Counted from the stretch's first letter, positions 24,130-34,295 are shown. The stretch is DNA of 63,877 nucleotides from Patescibacteria group bacterium (GCA_028707005.1 JAQTVB010000003.1:1-63877); one strand, 5' to 3'. Notes: generated from the letters alone by a model not told the origin. A program made the numbers and translations.

Positions 24130-27100
24130 AAATCTTTCTTCTGGACGAATCAAAGTGATAAAGAGGATGGGCACAATGAATAAGGTAAAGAAGGAAGAAA
24201 GCATTAAGCCGAAAATAATTGCGCCGCCTAAAGCGGTCCAAGTTTCATTAGATAAAGTAACCGGGATGATGCCGACGATGGTGCAAATGGAAGTAATAAT
24301 AATCGCCTCTAATCTTGATTTGCCCGCGTCGACAATCGCTTCTGAAAAAGGAATTTTACTTTTTAGATTGAGATTAATTTTATCAATTAAAATAATAGCA
24401 TTTTTTACCACAATGCCGAAGAGCGCGACAATGCCGATTAGGCCGGGGAATGATAATGTTAGATGGAAGATGGCCATGCCGAAGAAGACGCCAATCAGCG
24501 CCAAAGGGATGGTTACCAAGACGATAAGCGCTTTTTTGAAAGAATTAAACTGAATGATCAGCGTTGAAACAATTAATAGAGCGGCCAGCACCATGGCCCG
24601 TAAAATAGAAGCGACCGATTCGTTGTTTTCTTCGTTCTGTCCGCCGTAAGTTATATTATAACCGCTGGGCAGGCGATAATTTTTTTCTACTTTATTTTGG
24701 AATTCTTTCACCACCGCGGCCGGAAGATTATCTTTAGTGACGCTGGCTGAAAGCAGAACGGTTCTTTTTTGGTCAACGCGGCTGATGGTTTCCACCGACG
24801 GCTCCAGTCTGATTCTAGCCACGTCTCGCAAAAAGACTGGCTGTTTTTTTAAATTTAAAATCTGCAGATTCTGGATAGCCTCTAAATTGGGCAATTTATC
24901 CTCGGCAAAAGTGGCCAAGACATCAATTTCTTTGCCCTGATCCAAAACCGTAGTTACTTTCGTTCCGGCGATAGCCATTCTGATTATTGAGCCGACATAA
25001 GCGGCGTTCAGATCATATAATTCCAGCCTGGCCGGATCCAAGACAAAGGTGTAATCAGCAGGCGAGTCTTTCAGGGAAATATCATCATTCACTACGCCTT
25101 TAATCGCGGTTAAAAAGGGACGCAGATCATGGGCGATTTTATCCAGCGTTTGCAAGTCGTCGCCGGCAATTCTGGCTTCAAAATCAGCGCCCGAGGGCGG
25201 ACCGCCGCGCGGCGTAGTGACATTAATCGTCGCCGTTTTAAGATCGTTTAAATCTTGCCTGATTATTTCGGTGAGTTGATAAGATTTTAATTTTCTTTGT
25301 TTGGCGTCTACCAACTTGACGGTAATTTGTCCTTTATTAGATGGATTGCCGGATGAGCCGGAAAAGCCGCTTGAATTAGTGCCGGCTGAACCGACGACCG
25401 TGGAAAAATTGCTGATTTCTTGGTATTTATACAGTTTATTTTCAATTTGACTGGCAATTTTATCGGTTTCCGCCAGGTTGGCGCCGACCGGGGCGGTGAG
25501 ATCTATGTAAAGGTAATCAAAATCGGCGGCTGGAAAAAATTCGCTGGGCACAACGCCGAGTATTGGCAAACTTACTGCCGCGGCAAATAAAACAAAAACA
25601 ATGATTAGGGTTGCTAGACGATTTTTTTTAGTGCTTAAAACTCGGCGCAGATATTTTTCATAGATTGGCAAGAGCCGGTCGAATTTAGCAATGCCATGGA
25701 TTAAGCGGTTAAACCAATTGCCGTTTTCATGTTCGCTTTGATACTTTAATTTCTGTTTGATTAAATCATCATTGAGCCATTCAGACTCTTTTAAGCGGTA
25801 ATTTTCTTCCATGAGCGCCCGCCCGCCTTTAACGTAAAATTTAACCATTAGGGTGAGGACAAGGAAAATCATCAAGGCCAAGCCATAACCAATATAGCTT
25901 TTTAGAAAAATAAAACTTAAGCCAATAACAAAAAGAGTTATGGCTAGCGCCAAGAAGATTTTTTTTGTCAATCTGACTCTTTCCAGGATGGCCGCCAGCG
26001 GGTGATTAATAATCAAGGCGATGATCAGGGATGAGATAAGGGTCACCGAAACCGTGATGGGGATGGATTTAATAAATTCGCCGATGATGCCGGTGGAAGA
26101 AAGCAGCGGCAAAAAAGCCCAAACCGTGGTTAAAGTAGTGGTGGTTAAAACAACCTTAAAATCATTTAAGACCAAGAGCACCGCTTCTTCGGGCGTGAAT
26201 TTGCCGGTTTTAATATATTGTTTAGTGGCGCTGACCACGACAATGGCGTCATCTACCAATAAGCCCAAGGCGAGAATCAGAGAAAACATGGACAAGAAAT
26301 TTAAGGTGATGCCAGTATAAAGCATGACGCCGAAAGTGGCAAAGAAAACTAGCGGCACCGCCAAGCCGGCGACAATCGCTTCTTTTAAACCGACAATCAA
26401 AAATAAAATGGAAAACACTAGAATAATGGTTAAAATAAAATCATGGCCTAGCTGGTTGAAGTCTTTTTTAATTTGTTCAGAGGTATCCACAGTGATGTCA
26501 TAATAAAGGCTCTTAGGGAAGGTAGCCAATAAACTATTGATTTTGGCTTTGGCCGCGTCCGCTGTTTGAACAATATTACCGCCGGTTTTTTTAATTACAT
26601 CAATGTTGACGCCGTTTTGGGCCGGCCGGCCTTTTTCGGAAAATCTGGAAACTACCGTTCGTTTAACTGCGGTTTCAGTCACCTCGGCCACATCTTTTAA
26701 ATAAATCACCGCGCCTTCGCTGGTGTGCCCCAGGGGCGTATTGGCGATGACTGCGGTCGTGTAAAAACGAGCGTCAGCTTTTATCGGGTATGAATATTTC
26801 TGCCCTTCAAAATTTCCGCCCGGCACCACCAAGTTGGTCGCTTTAATAACTTGGTTGGCTTGGTCCGGAGAAATATTATAAAACGTCAGTTTCAGCGGAT
26901 CGTAAGCGATTTTAAACTCTTTGATGTCGCCGCCCGAAACGTTAACTTGCCTGACGCCGGAGATTTTCTCCAGTTCGTCTTGAATTTTCTCCGCGTAGGT
27001 CCTTAAAGTGAAACCGTCGTAAGGTCCGGCCAAAGAAAAAGAAAAAATCGGCGTATCATCAAAAGAAATTTCGCGGACTATCGGATCATTAGCGTCGGCC

Positions 27101-27561
27101 GGCAAGTCATTTTTTATTGTGTTGACTTGATCGGTTAAGTTGCGGATACTAGAAGTTAGATCAGCTTTGGCGTTAAACTCAACAGAAATTGAAGAAATTG
27201 AATTTAATGAGTTTGAGGTGATAGTTTTAACATCTTTGATGCCGGCGATTTTAGTTTCGATTTTTTTGGTTATTAGTTCTTCGACATCGGCCGGGGAAGC
27301 GCCGGGATAAGTAGTCACAACTACGGCGTAAGGTATTTTAACTTCCGGCTGTGATTCCAGCGGCAGTTGAGTATAGGAATAAACACCCCAGATAGTTAAT
27401 AAAATAATCAAGAGAATCACTACGCGGAAATTGGAGACGAAAAAATTAAGCCAGCCTTTCCTTAATTCAGGCTTGAATGACAATTTTTCCAAATATAAAT
27501 AATCGGAAGATTTTTCTCCATTACTTTGGCCGTTTTCGTTTGGCTGATTATTTAATTCCAT
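24127..27561 (-). CDS. RND efflux transporter, AcrB/AcrD/AcrF family
   Basis: 1144 aa with 12-TM topology, two large periplasmic loops and family-typical N-terminal and TM4 regions. Confidence 0.88.
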   Translation of the reverse strand: MELNNQPNENGQSNGEKSSDYLYLEKLSFKPELRKGWLNFFVSNFRVVILLIILLTIWGVYSYTQLPLESQPEVKIPYAVVVTTYPGASPADVEELITKKIETKIAGIKDVKTITSNSLNSISSISVEFNAKADLTSSIRNLTDQVNTIKNDLPADANDPIVREISFDDTPIFSFSLAGPYDGFTLRTYAEKIQDELEKISGVRQVNVSGGDIKEFKIAYDPLKLTFYNISPDQANQVIKATNLVVPGGNFEGQKYSYPIKADARFYTTAVIANTPLGHTSEGAVIYLKDVAEVTETAVKRTVVSRFSEKGRPAQNGVNIDVIKKTGGNIVQTADAAKAKINSLLATFPKSLYYDITVDTSEQIKKDFNQLGHDFILTIILVFSILFLIVGLKEAIVAGLAVPLVFFATFGVMLYTGITLNFLSMFSLILALGLLVDDAIVVVSATKQYIKTGKFTPEEAVLLVLNDFKVVLTTTTLTTVWAFLPLLSSTGIIGEFIKSIPITVSVTLISSLIIALIINHPLAAILERVRLTKKIFLALAITLFVIGLSFIFLKSYIGYGLALMIFLVLTLMVKFYVKGGRALMEENYRLKESEWLNDDLIKQKLKYQSEHENGNWFNRLIHGIAKFDRLLPIYEKYLRRVLSTKKNRLATLIIVFVLFAAAVSLPILGVVPSEFFPAADFDYLYIDLTAPVGANLAETDKIASQIENKLYKYQEISNFSTVVGSAGTNSSGFSGSSGNPSNKGQITVKLVDAKQRKLKSYQLTEIIRQDLNDLKTATINVTTPRGGPPSGADFEARIAGDDLQTLDKIAHDLRPFLTAIKGVVNDDISLKDSPADYTFVLDPARLELYDLNAAYVGSIIRMAIAGTKVTTVLDQGKEIDVLATFAEDKLPNLEAIQNLQILNLKKQPVFLRDVARIRLEPSVETISRVDQKRTVLLSASVTKDNLPAAVVKEFQNKVEKNYRLPSGYNITYGGQNEENNESVASILRAMVLAALLIVSTLIIQFNSFKKALIVLVTIPLALIGVFFGMAIFHLTLSFPGLIGIVALFGIVVKNAIILIDKINLNLKSKIPFSEAIVDAGKSRLEAIIITSICTIVGIIPVTLSNETWTALGGAIIFGLMLSSFFTLFIVPILFITLIRPEERF

Positions 27562-27566
27562 CTTTT

Positions 27567-29279
27567 TTATTTTATTAATTCAACCGCATCACCCTCCTGG
27601 ATCAATTTATTGCCATCGGTGATAATCACCGCGGTGTCAGGCAGATCGACTTTGACTTCCGCCGTCTCGCCGCTGATTTTTATAATTTCCACGGAGATTT
27701 TTTTGGCTTGGCCGTTGTCTATGATGAAAAGACTGTTGCCGTTCTGGCCGATTTCTATGGTTGATAAAGGCAAGATAATATTTTCGGCCGTTGATTTGGT
27801 TTCTGTGGTAATAATAATGTTAACTACCGTGCCCAAAAAGAAGTCGGCGGCCTGGAAATTAATTGGCGCAATTTCCGCTAAAAATCTTTTGGTTAAAGAG
27901 TCGGCTTGAGCCGCTAAGCTGGTAATTTTCCCCGGGATTTCTTTGCCGTCATTATTTATAATGGTGACCGTTTGCTCGGGGCGGAGTTGTTTTAAAACAG
28001 CTTCATCAACATAAACCTGGAATTTGACAGTTTGGCCGGAGCTGATAGTCGCTAGCTGCTGGCCCGCCGATACCGTGTCGCCTCTGGCAATAAAATTTTG
28101 GGTAACTTTTCCGCTGATTGGCGCGATTACTGAATGAGCATCAATAATGCTCTGTAAATTTATCAAGGCATTGCGGTAAGCCAAATCGGCCGCGTCTTGG
28201 CTGGATTTGATGGAGGCTTGTTGGGTGGCGAGAGACTGCAGGGCGTTTTTCGCTTGCTCCTTGGCTAGTTCATAGGCTTTAGTAAGCGCGTCAGCATTGG
28301 TTGTATTATTGATCAAATTATTTTCCAGGGTTTGCTGGGCGCCATTAATCTGCGTCAAAGCGGCGCTAATCTGCGTTTGGTAGCCGGCAACGGTTGTTTG
28401 GTAGCCGCTCAAAACAGTTTGCGTGAACTGGCCGCCGACCAAACTGCTATCCACATAATTTTTAGTTATATTAACCAGCTCATGAGTTTGTTCAGCCAAA
28501 GCAATGGTTTTTTTCACCTTAATTGCAAGGTCAGTCAAATCGCTGGCGTGGTATTGATCATCTAGAGATTGCGTGGCCAGGAAGACGCCTTTGGCGTTAA
28601 TGATTAGTTGGCTGTCAATGACGCCTAAATTATCCTTGTAGGGTGACTCGCCAATGCCGACCGGATCAAAATGGGCGATGCTATTGATGCCTGAAATAAT
28701 TGTGCCGCAGGTATTGGCGACAGAGTCGACGATGGTGTAAGTATTGGTATCAAGGTCCGAATAGGATTGATTGATGCTGGTTTGCCGGTTTTCCAGATTT
28801 AATTTAGCCTGTTCAGCGGCGATTTTGGCCGATTCATAAGCGATCTGCACGCCTTTCAAGCTTTCCGCTGAGGTTAGAGCGACGTTGCGTTTATTAGTTT
28901 CCGCTTGTTCAACTGCCAGTTGGGCCTGCCTGACCTGGTTAGCGTTCAAACCGAAGCTAAAAGTATTGTCGCCCTGGTTGATGTCGTCAATCCTGGCCAG
29001 CAAGCTGCCGGCTTTAACCGTATCGCCCAGCTTATAATTAAGCTGTTTAACCGTGCCGGAGGTTTTAGCGATAATTCTGGCTTCTTGTTCGCTTAAAACC
29101 ATGGTCGGATATTCATATTGCTGGCTGACAGACCGGCTTTGGTCCACGGTTTGTCCCTTAACCTGGAGCGGCGCCTTGGTTTCTGTCGGTGTATTGGCGG
29201 TGTTTTGATTGCAAGCGGTTAAAAACAGCAAGAGCGAGAATAAGGCGACGGCGAGAGAAATTTTCTTGGTTTTAGTCAT
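27567..29279 (-). CDS. Efflux RND periplasmic adaptor (HlyD/MFP family) lipoprotein with an extended coiled-coil hairpin
   Basis: Lipobox LLFLTAC; lipoyl-like motif GTVKQLNYKLGDTVKAGSLLARID / VIAPISGKVTQ; long alpha-hairpin. It lies immediately upstream of the RND gene. Confidence 0.8.
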   Translation of the reverse strand: MTKTKKISLAVALFSLLLFLTACNQNTANTPTETKAPLQVKGQTVDQSRSVSQQYEYPTMVLSEQEARIIAKTSGTVKQLNYKLGDTVKAGSLLARIDDINQGDNTFSFGLNANQVRQAQLAVEQAETNKRNVALTSAESLKGVQIAYESAKIAAEQAKLNLENRQTSINQSYSDLDTNTYTIVDSVANTCGTIISGINSIAHFDPVGIGESPYKDNLGVIDSQLIINAKGVFLATQSLDDQYHASDLTDLAIKVKKTIALAEQTHELVNITKNYVDSSLVGGQFTQTVLSGYQTTVAGYQTQISAALTQINGAQQTLENNLINNTTNADALTKAYELAKEQAKNALQSLATQQASIKSSQDAADLAYRNALINLQSIIDAHSVIAPISGKVTQNFIARGDTVSAGQQLATISSGQTVKFQVYVDEAVLKQLRPEQTVTIINNDGKEIPGKITSLAAQADSLTKRFLAEIAPINFQAADFFLGTVVNIIITTETKSTAENIILPLSTIEIGQNGNSLFIIDNGQAKKISVEIIKISGETAEVKVDLPDTAVIITDGNKLIQEGDAVELIK

Positions 29280-29388
29280 ATAGATGGCAAAAGCTTAGAC
29301 GATTAATGTGTCTAAGCCCTCTAATTTTACTGAATTAATTTGATTGGTAAATTGAATTAGTTTAACAAAAAGTCATTTAAAAGTCAAG

Positions 29389-29414
29389 ATGGTATACATT
29401 TATGGTATACATTT
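29389..29414. promoter_or_regulatory. Perfect tandem 13-mer ATGGTATACATTT x2 (candidate operator)
   Basis: Each unit contains the palindrome GTATAC. The repeat lies 110-135 nt upstream of the adaptor/RND operon start on the minus strand. Confidence 0.35.
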
Positions 29415-29466
29415 ATATTTATGTTTGATACAATATTTATATCTATTACTTCACTAAGGGGGGACG

Positions 29467-29515
29467 CAGGACAGGCCGTGGTATTATTGTTTTAAATGGA
29501 TAACGGCCTGTCCTG
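29467..29515. repeat. 13-bp perfect hairpin upstream of the RAYT-like gene
   Basis: CAGGACAGGCCGT (29467-29479) / ACGGCCTGTCCTG (29503-29515). Confidence 0.85.
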
Positions 29516-29528
29516 GCGTAGTTTATAT

Positions 29529-30080
29529 ATGAGAGTCCGCAAATTAAACCGTCTGCCATTTTTTGATTATGCGCAGAATGGTTTTTATTTTGTAACCATT
29601 TGTGTTAAAGATCGGGAGGAAATTTTCGGGCAGGTGATAAATGAAAAAATGGTTTTAAATAGATGCGGCTGGGTTATTAGAAATCAATGGCAATGGTTGG
29701 CGGGTCGTTTTCCTTATTTAGAATTGGACGAATATATTGTTATGCCCAATCATTTGCATGGAATTCTGATGATTAACACCGATGACGATAACGTAGGGAC
29801 AGTAGGGGCAGGTCGCGACGGGGATAACGTAGGGACAGGTCGCGACCTGTCCCTACAATGCGGGAAAATAAAATCCGTTTCGGAATTAATTGGCGCGTTT
29901 AAAACCACGTCGTCAAAATTGATTCATTATATGGGGTATTCGGATTTCGCCTGGCAACGATCATTTTATGACCATATTATTAGAAATGAAAAATCCCTGA
30001 TTAAAATCAGGGAATATATCATAAATAATCCGGCAAAATGGGAAAGGGATAGAAATAATCCGGCAGATTTATTAATGTAA
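29529..30080 (+). CDS. IS200/IS605-type Y1 (HUH) transposase-like protein, REP-associated tyrosine transposase (RAYT)-like
   Basis: YFVTICVKDRE..., HUH motif MPNHLHGILMI and the C-terminal AWQRSFYDHIIRNE Tyr region. It is a single gene with no IS ends recognised. Confidence 0.7.
   Translation: MRVRKLNRLPFFDYAQNGFYFVTICVKDREEIFGQVINEKMVLNRCGWVIRNQWQWLAGRFPYLELDEYIVMPNHLHGILMINTDDDNVGTVGAGRDGDNVGTGRDLSLQCGKIKSVSELIGAFKTTSSKLIHYMGYSDFAWQRSFYDHIIRNEKSLIKIREYIINNPAKWERDRNNPADLLM
29829..29856. repeat. Perfect 28-nt palindrome inside the RAYT-like CDS
   Basis: GTAGGGACAGGTCGCGACCTGTCCCTAC. It is preceded by a duplicated GATAACGTAGGGACAG (29787-29802 and 29823-29838). Confidence 0.95.
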
Positions 30081-30084
30081 AATA

Positions 30085-31887
30085 TCAAATAATTGATTCA
30101 TGGAATTTCGCTTCAATCTGGCGCGGCGTGATGCCGTGTTTTTTATTGTAGGCTTCCTGAACGCGCCGGCGCCGCTCTGTTTCCTTAATAGCGTAGCGCA
30201 TGGCCGGGGTGATTTTATCCGCATACATAATCACTTTGCCTTCAAGATGCCGGGCGGCGCGGCCCATGGTTTGGATCAGCGAGGTTTCGGTGCGCAAAAA
30301 GCCGGACATGTCCGCGTCTAAAATGGCCACCAGCGAGACTTCGGGCAAATCCAGCCCCTCGCGCAAAAGATTAATGCCCACTAAGACGTCATATTTGCCC
30401 AAGCGCAGGTCGCGCAAAATTTCCACCCGCTCCAAAGTTTCTATTTCGCTGTGCAGATATTGGACTTTGATTTTCCGCTCTTGCAGGTAGCTGGCCAATT
30501 CTTCGGCCATGCGCTTGGTTAAAGTCGTGACCAAGGTTCTTTGCCCCTTGTTGGTTCTGATGGTGATTTCTTTAATCAAATCCTGAATTTGGCCCTGGTT
30601 CGGCCTTACTTCTATCTCCGGATCCAATAGTCCGGTAGGCCTGACCAGCTGTTCCACCACCTGGCGGGAATTTTTAATTTCGTATTCTGCCGGCGTGGCG
30701 CTTGCATAGATAACCTGCTTGATTTTATTGTTAAATTCTTTAAAGTTGAGCGGCCGGTTGTCGCGCGCGCTGGGCAAGCGGAAGCCAAAATCAATCAGGG
30801 TTTGCTTCCTGGACTGGTCGCCGGCGTACATGCCGCGGACTTGCGGCAGGGAAACATGAGACTCGTCAATGAGCATCAGGTAATCTTGGGGAAAGAAGTC
30901 AATTAAGGTTTCCGGCGGCTGGCCGGCTGCGCGGCCGGTAAGGTGGCGCGAGTAATTTTCTATGCCATTCGCATAGCCGACTTCTTCCATCATCTCCAAA
31001 TCATAGTTGGTTTTTTTCTCCAGGCGGTAAGCTTCAATAGTTTTATCCTGTTTTCTCAATTCTGCCAGCCTTATCTCCAGCTCTTGGCGGATATTTTTTA
31101 ATGCTCGTTGCATTTTTTCTTGCGGCGTCATAAAATGCTTGGCCGGCAGAATGGAAATTTTGGGGAGTTGCTGTCCTGAAGAAAAAATCCCTCCAACCCC
31201 CTTTATCAAGGGGGCAGTAACGATTTCTTCGATTTCATCGCCAAGCAGGCTGATGCGCGCCACGGCTTCGCCGGTCGCCAGATGAATATCAATAACGTCT
31301 CCTTTGGCGCGGAAGGTGCCGCGCTTAAAAGTTTGATCGTCGCGCGTGTATTGGATTTTTATCAAGTCGCGCAAAATTTGGTTGCGCTTGATTTTTTGGC
31401 CGACCAGAAAATGCTGGCTCATGGCTTGATAGTCGGCTTTTTCACCCAAACCATAAATGCAGGAAACGCTGGCCACGATCAAGACATCGGGGCGGTTTAA
31501 TAAAGATTGGGTGGCAGCATGGCGCAAGCGGTCGATTTCTTCATTGATGGTAGCTTCTTTTTCAATGTAAGTATCGGTTTGCGGAATATAGGCTTCGGGC
31601 TGGTAGTAGTCGTAATAGGAAACGAAATAGTGTACGGCGTTGTCCGGGAAAAATTGTTTGAATTCGCCGTAAAGCTGGGCGGCCAAAGTTTTGTTATGGG
31701 AAATCACCAGAGTGGGTTTCTGGATTTTTTCAATAATGCCGGCCATGGTAAAAGTTTTGCCCGAGCCGGTCACGCCCAAAAGCGTCTGGTCGCGATAGCC
31801 CTTCTTTAGGCCGTCGACCAGCTTGGCAATCGCTTCCGGTTGGTCGCCGGTAGGCTTGAAATTACTTTTCAAGATAAATCTGTTCAT
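30085..31887 (-). CDS. uvrB: Excinuclease ABC subunit B
   Basis: [18 protein letters not shown]...[16 protein letters not shown] box and helicase motifs. The protein ends without the long UVR tail. Confidence 0.9.
   Translation of the reverse strand: MNRFILKSNFKPTGDQPEAIAKLVDGLKKGYRDQTLLGVTGSGKTFTMAGIIEKIQKPTLVISHNKTLAAQLYGEFKQFFPDNAVHYFVSYYDYYQPEAYIPQTDTYIEKEATINEEIDRLRHAATQSLLNRPDVLIVASVSCIYGLGEKADYQAMSQHFLVGQKIKRNQILRDLIKIQYTRDDQTFKRGTFRAKGDVIDIHLATGEAVARISLLGDEIEEIVTAPLIKGVGGIFSSGQQLPKISILPAKHFMTPQEKMQRALKNIRQELEIRLAELRKQDKTIEAYRLEKKTNYDLEMMEEVGYANGIENYSRHLTGRAAGQPPETLIDFFPQDYLMLIDESHVSLPQVRGMYAGDQSRKQTLIDFGFRLPSARDNRPLNFKEFNNKIKQVIYASATPAEYEIKNSRQVVEQLVRPTGLLDPEIEVRPNQGQIQDLIKEITIRTNKGQRTLVTTLTKRMAEELASYLQERKIKVQYLHSEIETLERVEILRDLRLGKYDVLVGINLLREGLDLPEVSLVAILDADMSGFLRTETSLIQTMGRAARHLEGKVIMYADKITPAMRYAIKETERRRRVQEAYNKKHGITPRQIEAKFHESII
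31186..31214 (+). repeat. 30-nt palindromic element, copy 3 (antisense and in frame within uvrB: APLIKGVGG)
   Basis: AATCCCTCCAACCCCCTTTATCAAGGGGG. Confidence 0.9.
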
Positions 31888-32083
31888 AGAAAACTAAAAC
31901 ATGTCTTAGCCGGCTCCCGTCCAGCTCCAGTTTAAGAAACTGGGGCTGGGTCGCCGGTAGGGCGGAATTTACTTCTTAGGGTAAATTTAGGCATAAAATT
32001 GATTTTTACATGAAGTAATCATAATCTTTCCGGCCGCCTTTATCAAGAGATTGTGATGATTTGTGATGATTGTGATGATGAGA

Positions 32084-32116
32084 ATAAAAAAAGTCTTGCA
32101 CTGATTGGTGCAAGAC
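32084..32116 (-). terminator. Intrinsic terminator of the minus-strand 161-aa ORF
   Basis: GTCTTGCAC (32093-32101) / GTGCAAGAC (32108-32116). The A-run 32084-32092 is a T-run on the minus strand. Confidence 0.7.
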
Positions 32117-32165
32117 GGTGACAGGATTCTTCCCGCATGGGGCGGAAGGTTCATCGGCTACCCGG

Positions 32166-32651
32166 CTATTTGGGCAAGCCGCTGGCATGACTGAAGGGGT
32201 GGCTGTCTTTTTCTCCCGGCAAAATTGCCAAGGCATTCAGGAGCAGGGAGTTCTGCACCCGCGCTAGTTTTCTAGCTGGCGGTTCTTGGTGATCGGCCGC
32301 GGACGCTGTTGCGGCTGAGGCGGGAGGCGGACTGGGTGGAACGGGAGTCGCGGTCGCAAGATCGGTGGCTCGACGTCCATGTCGTCTCCGGAGCGGTTTT
32401 AGCAGGGATGGGGTGTCACGAGGAGCTAGCCCCCCACCAAACCATTGGCCCCAAAACGCCCCCGGTTGTTCTTGATGACCAAGGGAAACGTGTAGGTACT
32501 CCGCACATAGCAAAAAGGTCTCCGCAAAGGAGTCTGCCACAACCCCGTCAGGAGGGATAATCCGCATCATGACGCAGGGCTTATCTTTCGCTTTCCTGGA
32601 ATCAGGACCGGGTTCTCGCAAGTCAATTTCAACCTTACAGATGAATTTCAT
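32166..32651 (-). CDS. Hypothetical protein (161 aa, Pro/Ala-rich centre), divergent from the EBP gene
   Basis: It is bracketed by a promoter (TTGACA-N18-TAAAAT) and a terminator. There is no SD and no family recognised, so coding status is uncertain. Confidence 0.3.
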   Translation of the reverse strand: MKFICKVEIDLREPGPDSRKAKDKPCVMMRIIPPDGVVADSFAETFLLCAEYLHVSLGHQEQPGAFWGQWFGGGLAPRDTPSLLKPLRRRHGRRATDLATATPVPPSPPPASAATASAADHQEPPARKLARVQNSLLLNALAILPGEKDSHPFSHASGLPK

Positions 32652-32702
32652 ATTTTAATGGTTTGTTTTTGGTTGTTCAAAGGTGCGAAAATTCATAAAG
32701 AT

Positions 32703-32732
32703 ATTTTAATCCTTAGTTGCTGTGGTTGTCAA
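32703..32732 (-). promoter_or_regulatory. Sigma-70-type promoter, TTGACA-N18-TAAAAT (minus strand)
   Basis: TTGACA is the complement of 32727-32732. TAAAAT is the complement of 32703-32708. Confidence 0.5.
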
Positions 32733-32784
32733 GGCCGGTTGTCTGGTAAATTTTTTGAAAGCCAAAGAGAAAAAGTATTTATGG

Positions 32785-32813
32785 TTGACTAAAATTAGCC
32801 ATAGGTTTATAGT
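32785..32813 (+). promoter_or_regulatory. Sigma-70-type promoter, TTGACT-N17-TATAGT, for the EBP gene
   Basis: Hexamers at 32785-32790 and 32808-32813. Confidence 0.5.
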
Positions 32814-32918
32814 GGTGGTATCAAACATGTTCTTTGGAAAATTTTGCAGTTTTGTTTTTTGTTCGCAGTTAGGCAAGGATCGGGAAGTTCAGTAACAATT
32901 CAACCATTAGGAGGCACT

Positions 32919-34118
32919 ATGAAAGCATTGGAAGAAGCAGGCGGTCGGACTGAGCGGATAACTGCGGGCGGCAATGGCGGCAACGGCGGCCAAGGGCAAG
33001 CAGGTGGTAACCATGAAGCAGTGGAATTCGCCGACGGCGATGGTGGTCTTAGAGAGGAGACCCAAGGATTGGCCGGGCTGAAAAATCATCACAGGGTCAG
33101 GCGTATATACAAACCGTATGACGTTATCAGCCCTGATAATTCAACATTTCAAAAAGATTTGGGCAAGGATCATGTCGTGGTTGTGGCCAGCCCGCCAATG
33201 TCACGGTTGCTTAAAGAACTAAGCATATTCGCCAGATCCGACGCTCCGGTCCTGATCACCGGGGAAAGCGGAGTTGGCAAAGAAGCCTTGGCCAGCCTTT
33301 TGCATTACAAAAGCGGGTGGTCTAAGGGGCCGTTCGTTTCAGTAAACTGCGCGGCCATACCGTCAGAATTAGTGGAAAGCGAAATGTTTGGCTTAGTCCG
33401 AGGCGCTTTTACCGGCGCTCTTCGCGAGCGTTTCGGTCTTTTCGGAGAAGCCGACAGCGGTACGCTTTTTCTGGATGAAATTGCAGAGATGAGCCTGCCA
33501 CTGCAAAGTAAGCTACTGCGGGCGTTACAGACTGAAGGCGAAATGCGCCAAGTTGGTGCTAGCGGAACGTATAGGGTAAATTGCCGGATTGTAACGGCCA
33601 CCAATCGGTCAGCCAAAGAGCTGGCGCAGAAGCTTCGAGCGGACATTTTAAATCGGATTGCGGTCTTTCAGATCAATGTCCCGCCGCTAAGGAAACGGCC
33701 GGAAGACATCCAGCCTTTGGCAGAGCACTTCTTGGCTTTATACAAAAGGATAGAAGATCGTTTGGCCGTTACTGGTTTTACCGCGGAGGCCCGACAGGCT
33801 CTTCAATCCTGCCCATGGCCAGGCAACGTCCGCCAACTGTCAAACGCAGTGCGGCGGGCAGTGATGCTGGCTTCAACCACCCAGATCGATGTCCAGAACT
33901 TGCAGCTCAATCCGCCCGAACCAGCGGACGAGGCGCAAACAACAGCGCCGACAGAAGTGGTGCAAGAATGGACTGTGCTGGAGAGAGTAGAACGCAACGC
34001 AATAATCAAGATGCTCGTGGAAACTGGCGGTAATAAGCTGGAAACAGCCAGGCGGCTGGGCATTGGCCGGCAGACGCTCTATAACAAGATCAAAGCTTAT
34101 AGGATTGAGGGTTTTTAA
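32919..34118 (+). CDS. Sigma-54-dependent transcriptional activator (bEBP), AAA+ and Fis-type HTH, no sensory/receiver domain
   Basis: Walker A GESGVGKE, ESEMFG, GAFTGA (33402-33419), Walker B TLFLDEI, LRADILNRIAVFQINVPPLRKRPEDI and C-terminal GGNKLETARRLGIGRQTLYNKIK. SD TAGGAGG at 32908. The N-terminal ~100 aa are Gly/Asn/Gln-rich. Confidence 0.85.
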   Translation: MKALEEAGGRTERITAGGNGGNGGQGQAGGNHEAVEFADGDGGLREETQGLAGLKNHHRVRRIYKPYDVISPDNSTFQKDLGKDHVVVVASPPMSRLLKELSIFARSDAPVLITGESGVGKEALASLLHYKSGWSKGPFVSVNCAAIPSELVESEMFGLVRGAFTGALRERFGLFGEADSGTLFLDEIAEMSLPLQSKLLRALQTEGEMRQVGASGTYRVNCRIVTATNRSAKELAQKLRADILNRIAVFQINVPPLRKRPEDIQPLAEHFLALYKRIEDRLAVTGFTAEARQALQSCPWPGNVRQLSNAVRRAVMLASTTQIDVQNLQLNPPEPADEAQTTAPTEVVQEWTVLERVERNAIIKMLVETGGNKLETARRLGIGRQTLYNKIKAYRIEGF

Positions 34119-34141
34119 TAACCCCTTCCTGCTAGTCGAGA

Positions 34142-34221
34142 ACTTCACCTCGCGGTTTGGCACACCGCGAGTTTTTTTTATCTAAAATTAGGTATTTTTG
34201 CGGCTGATTTTAGGCTAAGCC
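34142..34221 (+). repeat. 80-nt direct repeat, copy C1 (terminator hairpin + promoter-like module)
   Basis: It differs from 34972-35050 by 4 substitutions and 1 indel. It contains the terminator CTCGCGGT / ACCGCGAG + T8 (34149-34179). Confidence 0.9.
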
Positions 34222-34244
34222 CATGGTGTTAACTGTACAGTGAT

Positions 34245-34273
34245 TTGACTTTTGGTTTTCAGTGAGGTAAATT
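34245..34273 (+). promoter_or_regulatory. Cassette promoter, TTGACT-N17-TAAATT
   Basis: Hexamers at 34245-34250 and 34268-34273. The -10 lies 22 nt before AAGGAGG, the same distance as in island D. Confidence 0.5.
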
Positions 34274-34295
34274 TACATTAAATTTAACAATCACT

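Noticed and set aside
32166-32651. The GC-rich 32120-32650 stretch as a structured RNA gene instead of a CDS.
   Set aside because: No known RNA signature was seen, and one uninterrupted 161-codon frame lies between a good promoter and a terminator. Coding status stays low-confidence because there is no SD and no recognised family.
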